Positions 53,850 to 64,000 of a DNA stretch of 64,000 bases are shown here, piece by piece. The position numbers and the translations under genes were made by a program. The notes beneath the pieces were generated by a model, which was not told where the DNA came from, ran no database searches, and saw only the letters and a program-made list of their open reading frames with translations. Source of the stretch: Camelus dromedarius (Eukaryota); NCBI RefSeq assembly GCF_036321535.1, contig NC_087437.1, positions 68,450,001 through 68,514,000 of the forward strand, read 5' to 3'. The first letter of the stretch is position 1; each line of letters opens with the position of its first letter.

Positions 53850-54100
53850 AGGTGGGATAAGTTGGGAGTTTGAAATTTGCAGACACTAACTACTATATAC
53901 AAAATAGATAAACAGCAACGTCCTACTGTACAGCACAGGGAACTATATTTAATACCTTATAATGGCCTATAATGAAAAAGAATATGAACAGGAGTGTGTG
54001 TGTGTGTGTGTGTACATGAGTCACTATGCTGGACACCAGAAGTTAACAGAACATTGTAAATAGACTATACTTCAATAAAACATTTAAAAGAAAATAATAA
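53850..54100 (+). mobile_element. LINE-1 3' UTR fragment with internal (TG)n
   Basis: gggataagttgggagtttgaaatttgcagacactaactac...ctgtacagcacagggaactata...tatacttcaataaaa. Confidence 0.88.
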
Positions 54101-54547
54101 ACGAAGTGCCAGTTCTATAATGACGTAACTCACACTATTCCCATCTTCTTATTAAAGTTTTGGCTTTCAGTCCTGTTTAGCTAGAGTCTGACACCAGAGC
54201 CCCTTATTTTCTCCCATTCCTCATCTTCATCTTAAAATCAGAATTTAAAAGATAACTTGTTAGTAATAGCAGAGATTCACCATATCAAGGCAAGGGGGAC
54301 ACACACTTTCTGGGGAGCAAAAACAGCCATCTCAGACCCCTGCCCAGTGCATTCCCTTAGTCCAGGCAGACAGGGCTAAGGACCACCTGGTGCCTGGTCT
54401 CAGCTAGACGGTGGCAACAAGTAAATGTCTTAGTATTCCTGCCACATGGTACCACTGCCCCTCAAGTTGAGTTCTTCACACCTTCCTGTCCTTCTTCCTC
54501 AAGCCATGGTCTGGTTCAGAGACTCCCTTCTCAGGACCTCTGTATAC

Positions 54548-54873
54548 CCATATTATTCTGCTCAGGTTGCTATAACCAAATAGACTGAGTGGTTTAAACA
54601 ACAGAAATGTATTTTCTGACAGTTCTGGGGGCTGGAAGTCCAGATTAAAGTGCCAGCCAAGTTGGTTCCTGGTGAGAGCTCTCTTCCTGGCTTCTAGATG
54701 GATTTCTTCCCCCTGTTTCCTCACACAGCCTTTCCTTGGTGCATATGCACACAGAGAGAGAAAGGGAGAGAGCACTCTGGTACTGATGCTTATCAGGTGT
54801 GTCAGTAGCTTCTCCAGAGGAACAGAGCCCATAGGAGATAGGTCTACATCTATACATACATTCATTCCATAAC
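54548..54873 (-). mobile_element. MLT1A-like LTR with an embedded MLT2-like fragment
   Basis: ggtttaaacaacagaaatgtattttctgacagttctgggggctggaagtcc is MLT1. ttctccagaggaacagagcccataggagata (about 54810-54840) is MLT2-like. The element ends attcattccataaca. Confidence 0.7.
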
Positions 54874-55952
54874 AAATCCCCTCTCACCGTATTGCTCTCC
54901 TACATTGTTTTAAGATGGATTTGGTAGAAGTATATGAGAGCATTGGGCAAGTGGGTAGGGAAAATTTACTAAGAGAACAAGTATGGAGCTAACTCTGTAA
55001 TTGATGGAGGATGAATTACAATGAGTAAGGAGATAAGAGTGAATAAATTGAAAAGAGTTGACATGGCCACCGGATGGTGTGAGCTATGGAACCAGCGAGA
55101 TGAATTAATAGCGCAGTCAAGTAATGACAAAAACAGAAATTGACATTAAAAAGAAATCCATGTTTAGTGATTTAGGCTTATTCCAGCAATGGTCTGTGGC
55201 TGGGGTGTAAAATGGATGATGATAATATTAGGTGGGACACATTTAATGATTAGACAGTGGAGACCCACTGTTGGAAAAATCATTCTTGAGGTACTAACAA
55301 TGGCAACCTGGTTTTGATGAAGTTGAGGGTATCTGCTAGAGAGATATCAGAAGGATTAAAGATAAATGGCCACACAAAGAAATGAAAGTTTCTAATGATT
55401 AAAACTGCTCTTTCTCGGGAAAACAGTTTGATGTGTAAAATTGCATGACTTAAACTTGCTGGATGGGGGCTATCTCATGTGGAATTGTGGGTAAAGAGAT
55501 GAGAAAAGATTGGGGGCGAAGGGGTCATTTCCAACACCCCATGATCACATCTCACTTGCAATCTCTTCTTCCGCCTACAGCTTCTTACAGCTGTATCTGA
55601 CTGAACCACTTGAAGATGTCAATAAACATGGGGCATAAATTACTGGTGTGAAGAATTGTTTCCAACACAATAACACTCTCAAAAGGAAAGGGGAAAAAGC
55701 AGATACATCTCTTAAGGATACATAAGTGTTTTTCTCATGGGCAAATCAAGATCTCAGTGCCACCAGATGTGATATTAGAAACTTTCCTAATTAAAATATG
55801 TAACTGTAGAGCTGTATGAACATATTCTAACATGAGGTTATTAAAAGGTAAAACAAAATTGTCTGACCTATTCAGAAATTAAAATGAATTTCTGTTTTGT
55901 TTTAATATGGGGTGTAGTGTGACACTGTGCCCTAACAGGTGAAAAGCCACAA

Positions 55953-56460
55953 CTGTGACAAGTCTGCCAGCTATCCTCAATCTCTTTTCTCCCTTTCTTT
56001 AGCATTAAAACTCTTTTCTTTTAGATCGGGGCATGACTTCATGGCAAGACTACTTCTCAGCTACACCCTCCCCTCCAGGTTGTTGTGACCCTGTGTCCAA
56101 GTTCTGGTCAGTAAAAGGGAGGCAGGAAAGTCTCAAAAACTTCTTGGAATCTCCCTTAAAGGGCAGCTTGTGCACATCCTTAGCCTTTTGTTCTTTCTTC
56201 TTAGTCCCTTCCTCCTTCATGTTGACTAAAATGTGAGTGTATTGGTTGACAGTGGCCATATTAGACTGTGACATGACCTTGAAAATCGAGGCCACACACA
56301 ACAGAACAATAAGATAGAAGAAGCCTGGACGTGGGAACTTGGGGATCAAAGATGCCCAACAAGCCTAACATACCTCCAGACTCCTGCAAGACAGGGAAGT
56401 AAGCTTCTTTTCTGTTTATATCTCTTAGACTCAAAGCTGAGACTGATGCTGACTAAAACA
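55953..56460 (+). mobile_element. Old MaLR LTR (MLT1H/I/J-like)
   Basis: ggttgttgtgaccctgtgtccaagttctggtca...aagatagaagaagcctgg...tacctccagactcc...ctgactaaaaca. Confidence 0.65.
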
Positions 56461-58200
56461 TCAGGCTACTGTCAGAAACCTAAGAGATCAATCTTCTCTT
56501 TTAAAACTTCTAAAACTGTAAGAGAGAAAGAATTGGGTTGGAAGACTGCATCAGTGATGAGCCAGAAACAGAAGACAATTGCCCACCTGAATCAAAATAG
56601 GAAAAACATCTTCCCGTTGTGTTATCTGTCTCCTGGATCATGAACAGGACAGTTTGTACCAGACAACTAAGTGAATCCTATAGGCAAACAGGTGCTGATA
56701 TAGGCAGCCAAGTGCTCTCCATTCTCTTAATATCTGCCCCTATTTCTGCATCCAGTTTGGGACTATATCATCCAGAAAATAAACAGTTGAGATGCACTGG
56801 AACACAAGCTGATGCATGATATTTGAGGATGTGTAGTTGCAACAAGTAAAGAGCTAGGTGGGGGAATGGTTCAGAGGCAAGAAAAAAATTCCTGTCAGCA
56901 GACACTGGAGGCTCTGGTTTTGCCACATAGTTCATCTATTCTTTGTGTCAGACAACCAGGCACATGAGATAATATACCATCCTGTTTCAATACAGTAGAG
57001 CTACACAGAAAAAAGATGGAAAGACATCAGGAATCAGACTAAGAGTTTTGCATATCAAGTTTCTATGTATCAGTGAGCCTGAAGGTATTTGACCAGCACC
57101 CAAGTTCACCCAAGTGAACAGAGAGTAAGGACAAGGGCAATCTACACACGGTATCTGTTAATAAATACTAAATTTGAGTCAATTTCCTATCTGAGGTTGA
57201 CTTAACAGAAATACAAAGAGATTACAGAAAGGAAAAGAAAAAAAAAGGAAAAAAGAAAAAACACAGCCTAGGAAATAATAGAAATTTGGGGAGGAGAGCA
57301 GCCCCTGTATAAGCGTTAATCATACGTGATGGAATCGGCTTTAGGGAAGTCTTCATTCTCTCCCTGGTAGGGGGTGCTGACTGAGGACTGCCTGCTCTGT
57401 AGCATCCATAGGCCAATGGGCAACAGAACAGTGTCCACAAGGTATCCAGTGGGAATAACAGTTGGGATATGTTTATTCCCTCACAGGTGTTTTTTCTTGT
57501 GAGGAGGTTTTTTTTTTTTTTAAAGTTATTCTCAGACATTCAGTGGCTTATAACATGTCATATCTATACGTCATTTTAAAACTACTTTAAAATACACAGC
57601 AACTGATCAGGAGAGGAAACAATTGAAAAGTCCATCACAGGGAAATCACATGTAAAAAGACTAGTAGGAAACATTAAAACCATTTAAAGTCAGAGCTGAA
57701 AGTTAAAGTCATTTTTTACAAAAAGTCAAAGATCTAAAATAAATATTAAAAGGTGTGTTATATAAAAATGAAAATTTAATAAAGGATTATAGTCTATATC
57801 TAAAACTTGACGTTACAGCAAAAACAAGGTAGAGCAGTAGAGCGCAAAAGTGCTAAATTCCTGATTTTACAAAGGGGCAGCTCAAGAACGGTATTTAATT
57901 ATTAACTTTTACAATTAGTGGAATGAAGATTCCGTTAATGAAAGTATAACACATGCATAGAAATACCTACTTCAGGATAGTGGTTCTCTCTGGGAAATGT
58001 GGAATTGGGCTTTGGCTCCAACCTTGGCTCCATCCTTATTGGTTCATTTCCTTAAGAGAGAGGAAGATCGGAAACAAGTAGAGCAAAATGTTACGTCTGT
58101 TAAATCTGACTGCAACATTGGTGTCTGTTGTCGGTTACATTACTCTCTGTAGTTTTCCACGTTTGTAATATTTTACATTTTAAAAGATTACTTTTGGAGT

Positions 58201-58344
58201 TGGGGGGAGGATATAGCTCAAGTGGTAGACTGCGTGCTTACCATACACAAGATCCTAGGTTCAATCCTCAGTAACTCCTCCAAAAATAAATAAACCTAAT
58301 TACCTCCCCCCACCCAAAAAAATAATAAAAATAAAATAATTTTT
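58201..58344 (+). mobile_element. tRNA-derived SINE (Vic-1-like)
   Basis: GGGGGGAGGATATAGCTCAAGTGGTAGA (A box)...GGTTCAATCC (B box)...aataaataaacctaattacctcccccc, then an A-rich tail. 19-bp TSD at 58182-58200 and 58345-58363. Confidence 0.88.
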
Positions 58345-58364
58345 AAAAGATTACTTTCAGAGTG

Positions 58365-61100
58365 CAAAGATAACCACAAAGTAGAATTAGAAACAAAATA
58401 TGTATCCATGTATCAATCAAAAAAGAGACATGCATGCTATGTACAATGCAAGAAAGTATATAGTCTAGGAAAATACAGAAAATGTAGAAAGAATCAGAAA
58501 AATACTCAAAGCAAAATGACAAAAGTAAAATTATAGATCCATTTTGAGAATTGCTACAAATTGTTTCAATCCCTTTATTAAATAACTAGTGGTAATGTTA
58601 ATGACAATGATTCTGAACATTTATTACTTCTCAGCATCTGCCTGGCCCTATGCTATGTTATTCTACATCCTTTAAATGCTTTATGCCACTTAATCCTTAC
58701 AGCAATTTTATGAATCAAGTATTATTATCTGAAAGTCTCACAAATTGAGTTGATAAAATTAATTCAACCAAGAAATACATCTTTTTAAAAAGACAAAAAA
58801 GTTAAAGATGTTTAATGTTTTTGTCTTACCAACCAAAAGAAAAAGAAAATAGAGATTGTTAAATATTAACACTAGACAAAACATAATTAAAGACAAAAAT
58901 CATTAAGTGCTGAATAGAGATTAATTTTATATTTAAAAAAGGGAGATTCCATGATGAATATTTCAGAAGTTTAAGCCTTTATGTACAGAATACTGTAACA
59001 TTTAAATAATTGATCAAATTATTAGAAACGCAAGGAAAATTATGTGTGAATTCAATGTCTGTAGATATCTCTGGATCAAAGAGATAAAAAGAAAATAGTG
59101 ACATAGAAAAATATTGCTCAACCTAGAATTTACAGATGGGCTTCTGGAGTTCTTGAAATCCTAAAGCTCTATGTAAATTGCATTTGTGTATGACTGTGAA
59201 CTTTTCTGGAAACATGGTACTGCCATCATATCCTCAAAAGAGGTCCAAGACCCCCACCAGATTGTGTATATACATGTGCATCTTTGCACCCTGTAATAAG
59301 AGACTATAGTTTTTCAAACATAATCCATGGGTTTTTTTTTTTTTAAAGTATACAAAATCCCAAGTGGAAAACACATAGAATTATTCTGGAGATTACTTGC
59401 TGTCAGGCTCTCTCAGTGCAGTTCACCCTCTGATAATAGGGACCATAAGTATCTTATTTTGTGATACTCCACTCAGTACGATAGATGACTTATAGATCTC
59501 AGCAAATAACAATTGAATTACTGAATCAACTAACCAATAATCTTGGGGAAAGCTAGTATTTTGTCAAAGAATTACCTCCCCAAATAACTCTAGATCTAGA
59601 CAGTTTTACAGGTTAATGCTAACAAACTTACAAAGATCGGATGCTTGTAAACTTAACTTTTTCATAGTATGTATAAACAACAAAAACATGAGATAAAACT
59701 TCTCAGCTTCAAAAGTATGAAACTTAGAAACCAAAGCCTGAACAAAATAGTTATGAAAATCCAACACACTTACATCACATATATGTGTGTTGATAAATAG
59801 GGTATTATCACATAGTTTCAACAACATTTGAAAATGTATACACTAACAATGTAATCAATAAAGCTGAATTCAAGAATAAAAGAATCTAGTCAGTTATTTT
59901 CCACTTTTTTATTATTATCTATTATTTTTCCATTATTAGGAAATAACAGCACATCAAATGAAAAAATAGTGATCATCTTCATAGCTGCCAGGAGTAATCT
60001 GATTAAAATTTACATGCATAATGATAAACAAAAAAGTACTAGTAAAGAAAAATGTTCTTTTAACCTGATAAAGGTTAAGCATCTGAAACTACCATCCTAT
60101 TTCATATTTAAGAAGTATAACTCTAGAAACACTAGGAGTATAACCATTAAATTCAAGAACAAGGCAAGTAAGCTATTTATTTGCATCTATTAGAAAGAAA
60201 ATTTGTTTGCTTTTGATGTGAGTGTATACTTGGAAACAAGGAGAAATGAAACAGGACACTTTTTTAAAAATATAGTTAGAAATAAAATAATTCTAGATGA
60301 GGGCAAAATAAAAGTTTAATTTCATATAAGAGTTCTGCAATAAAGTTCTAACAACAAGCCTTTAGGTACTTTTGTTATTTAGTACAAAAACTCCAAGAAG
60401 AGAAGTCAAGTTACCAGATATATGTGAATATACAAAAAATAATAGATTTCCTGTACACCTACCAAAGATTGTAAAAGGGAAAAGGTCCAACTAAGAAAAA
60501 CAAAAATATAAAATATCTATATTAAGGAAGATATGAGACATGACTAAAAATGAGTAGAATTTCGGAATGTGTATTTTCTCCTGTATTTTTATAGGCTTAT
60601 TATACTTTCAGGTAAACAGGTAGTTACATTTGAATGTGGTACCCTTTAAACCTCTAATTATCTTTTGAGAAATGTATCCCAATAAAATAATCAGAAGTTT
60701 AGTAGAAGATTTAGGGAAAAGGTCATTTATCCTTTATTCATTTTTAAAGGGTTATAAACAACCAAATTCCCCGCAATTGCAGTACAATTAGATAAATTGT
60801 GGCACAATCATACAGCAAAATCTAATGCACCATCATGTTTATGATGAACAGAAAATACAAAGAGAAAGTGCTTAAGATACAATAGCAATTTCAAATAAAA
60901 AACAGTGTATCAACTTTATAATCTTTTAATTATACAAATTTTTTAAAGATGCTGGTTTTTAAGCATTTCCATAATAGTGTGAAAAATAAGCAGAGGGAGA
61001 TTCATTGATATAAGAGATGTATATTTAAGAGGTTAAATAATAATTTTATTTTCTGTGTATCTTCATTGTTCCCTTTTTTAACTGTAAACATACATTTTAC
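58365..61100 (+). mobile_element. Heavily decayed ancient L1 (L1M/L1ME-like) with nested MIR and hAT fragments
   Basis: Very A-rich strand with remnants of the L1 ORF2 endonuclease region (58800-59050) and 3' region (60640-60900). MIR near 58590-58730 and an hAT-like piece near 59120-59260. Confidence 0.55.
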
Positions 61101-61995
61101 AGTTGGGAAAAAAACAATCAATTCATATATCATAATATTATTTATTTTCATACATTTGTCATGAGATTGTTTTTGTGTGTACCAGACTCAAATAGAGATC
61201 TGCAGTGTATTTTTTTAAAAGATGTTTGGAAGTGAGACTGGAAATTAAAGATTTTGAAGATGGGTTTAGAAGTGTTACTTGTAAGAGGGACAAACTGACA
61301 TGGTATCTTTATCAACAAAGAATAAGAAACGGAAACAAAAATGAAGACTAGCTCCAACAAAGAAAAAGAACAGTCAGTGTCTTACTTAAAAACCTGAAAA
61401 AATTTGAAAGCATAATTGTCTCTATAAGAGTTCATATGCTGATATTGTACATTAAAGCAATTTAGGAATGTTTATACCAATATTCGCAGTTATAAACCAA
61501 TTTATAAAACACTTTAGCATTGTCTTGCATTCAGACTGCATGGAAAATAAGTTTTCCATCTTTAAGAATATAGAAACTAGGACAAGTAATAGATTGAAAG
61601 TTTTATGCTTATGAGCATAAACTGTGATTGTTTACTGTGCCGTAACAATGATGAAATCACTGAAGGCTTCATAGCGGGACCCAGACCCTGGGGGAGCTGT
61701 TAAGAATTCAGTATTAGCAGTTCATGGAGGAAAATGGATGCCACTTGCTAAAAGGATTTTAAATGTTTTCTACAAAATGCAAATATTGCAGCACTGTGAA
61801 GTTGGACATTTTAGAGAGATTTTATTTGAAACTTTGTTCTTATGCAAGTGTTATGTGTTATTCTCGGCGGAATCCAAATATTATAGTGTCTGATTAATGG
61901 TGGGCAAGTAATAAACTTTGGATGAATATAGAAATAAAGAAATACTTAAGGTTGAGAGGGGCTGGGCCATCAAAGTCAATTCCAGGCATTATAGA

Positions 61996-62208
61996 GGGGA
62001 GAGTACGTCTCAGTGGCAGAGTGCATAGCTAGCATGGACAGGGTCCTGGGTTCAATCCCCAGCACCTCCATTTAAAATAAATAAATAAAAATCTGATTAC
62101 CTCACCACCAAAATAAAATAAATACAAATACGAATGCGAAATTATTTTAAAATGCTCCAAAAAATAATAGTTTAATTACAAAAAAAAAAAAAAAAAAAGA
62201 CGGGGAAA
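61996..62208 (+). mobile_element. tRNA-derived SINE (Vic-1-like) with extended tail
   Basis: ggggagagtacgtctcagtggcagagtgcatagctagcatggacagggtcctgggttcaatccccagcacctcc. 24-bp TSD (2 mismatches) at 61972-61995 and 62209-62232. Confidence 0.88.
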
Positions 62209-64000
62209 AAAGTCAATTCCAGGTATTCTAGAATTTCTGAATGGTGCCTGCCACCTAAAGGTATGAGCACTATGGTCCAAACTGGAACATCTCTGATGCT
62301 CTACACAGCCCCATAGCTTCTTCAGTATCCTATTCTGTCCAGGTGTTGTGGTGGCCCCAGGCAAACAGTAGAAATCAGTATAGCACTGACTGAACCTAAC
62401 TTTTGTCATGATGCCCCAGAGTTCTCTACTCACACTCTTGGGGAAGGCAAAAACAAAAATAAAAAAACAGGAAAGGTGGGAACTAACAACTGATGAAAAG
62501 AAAGGCAGGCACTTTCTTCTGGGAATAATGAATCCATGCTCAGAAAATATGGGCAAGCACTGCTTTGCTTCATTTGATTTTTATTCACTTCATAATGACA
62601 GTTAAGCGAGGCAAGTGCCAGGTCCTGAAATCGCTCTTCGTTGAGGTTCTAGGGAATGTTTCTTTCTCACAAACCGCTTGTCAGAGCATAGCGTATAGCA
62701 TGGGAGAGCTTGTGTCTCTGGAATGAGAGAAAAGCAGCATTCAGACGCAGACTAGTGATTTCTGTGCTGTTGTTTATTACTATCTTTCCGGTTGTATTAG
62801 TTCTTAATTAAAGTGAAATGGACATCTTTCTTGAAAATATTACCCTTTTTTCTTTGGTTTTGAGTTTTGTCCACCATAGAGGGTTTGCTAGTTCTTACTT
62901 AGGGTAAACATAATATTGACCAAACCTAAAATCTCCGTTGGATAGGGATTTACTGAGGGTTCAGATAAACAAACAAACAAACAGGAAAAACATCAGAAAT
63001 CATTTTTCTCTCTCTGTCTATGTCTCTCAGTTTCTCTGTGTGTGTCTGTCCTTGTAGTTGAGTATATATCTCTCTTTGTCTCACTCTCTCTGTTCATCTC
63101 TGTCTCTTCTCTTTTTCTCCAGAAGCCACCCCCTTCCCCATCACCTCTTCCCCACAATGGTGGTAAAATGGTGGATTTACATTGGATTCCAGATTCACTG
63201 CTGGAAACACCGCCTTGAGCCTGGCTCAGAATATGTCTGTTCTGGAAACCTCCCTCACACTGGACTATTAGATCCACACAGACCTGCTGTAACCTGACAT
63301 TCTGGCCCCTAGATTCCCTCAGGTACCTCATGTCTTGCTGCTGAGCTTGGAGTTCCAGACCATTACATCCTGAAGATCAGGCCAAGGATGTGGGCATTGA
63401 TTTCCAACGGTAACATGCCAGTGCGGTCACCTCTCTGTGTCGTCCTATGTCCTTTTCAGTCTCAGGGCCAGAAAAGAAAAAGAAAAAGGTTTGGACTTGA
63501 CAGTGGGAAAAATAAAAATAAAGAGGCTTTTTTTTAAACCCCCAAAATGGGAAAATAAATTATGGAGAATTATGTCACATCAAGAAAAACATGATTAAAA
63601 TAACCTGATATGAATATTCATCCATGGCTTGACAGAGGGCAGGAGCGAGGGGACTGATTGCAGCTTACTGCTAACAGAGATCTCTTTCAGAGAACTGCAT
63701 TCTAAAAGAATTTGTGATGAGGTCTGCTGGCCTAAACTGTGGGACTCTTTTTTTTTTTTTTTTTTTTTTGGTCTGTTTCTTTTTTTGTTTTTTTTAATCT
63801 TGGCATTTTGGATGCCCAGCTTCCTGCTGAAGAGCATTTCTCTCTAATCACAACAAGGCCAGGTGCTTTGCCTCACTCACACCAGGCCGTTTGAGGTGGA
63901 CTCACTGCAGAGGCGAGGAATCACATTATCATGACAACTGATTACCCTTTGTATGCTTTCTCTCTGTCCACACAATGAAAATGATGCTTAATGTATTATT

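Noticed and set aside
58201..58280. tRNA genes (also at 41306 and 61996)
   Set aside because: A and B boxes are present, but the A-rich tails, TSDs and divergence mark them as SINEs.
18306..61785. Scattered octamer motifs (ATGCAAAT/ATTTGCAT)
   Set aside because: They are dispersed rather than clustered, and several are expected by chance at this AT content.
1..64000. The supplied 60-174 aa ORFs as protein-coding genes
   Set aside because: They have no recognisable domains, many start at non-ATG codons, and many are biased in composition or overlap repeats. This is what chance ORFs in mammalian non-coding DNA look like.
1..64000. CRISPR arrays, operons, rRNA genes or known miRNA sequences
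   Set aside because: The DNA is eukaryotic, with no repeat-spacer array, rRNA similarity or mature miRNA that I could recognise.

Overview
This is AT-rich mammalian nuclear DNA, intronic or intergenic, and no protein-coding gene can be identified from the sequence. Nearly all supplied ORFs are chance, low-complexity or transposon-derived. The one recognisable peptide is the C-terminus of LINE-1 ORF2 (24839-25021). Three tRNA-derived SINEs resembling the camelid Vic-1 family and artiodactyl-type L1 3' UTRs suggest a camelid genome (inference, from recalled consensus only). The window is a mosaic of ancient repeats (L2, MIR, CR1/L3, old L1M, hAT and mariner MITEs), MaLR/ERV solo LTRs, younger truncated L1s and SINEs with target-site duplications (TSDs), and simple repeats. 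The most notable structures are: (1) an L1 with an apparent 3' transduction inside a perfect 14-bp TSD; (2) a 5'-inverted (twin-primed) L1; (3) three CTCF-like motifs in a divergent, boundary-like arrangement; (4) a CpG-retaining promoter/enhancer-like zone near 28 kb with a possible first exon; (5) a HOX/PBX/MEIS-like motif cluster and a candidate exon in the first kb; (6) a possible retroposed orphan segment near 50.3-51.1 kb. I found no support for a new multi-gene biological system. Repeat family names come from recalled consensus similarity, and boundaries without a TSD are approximate.
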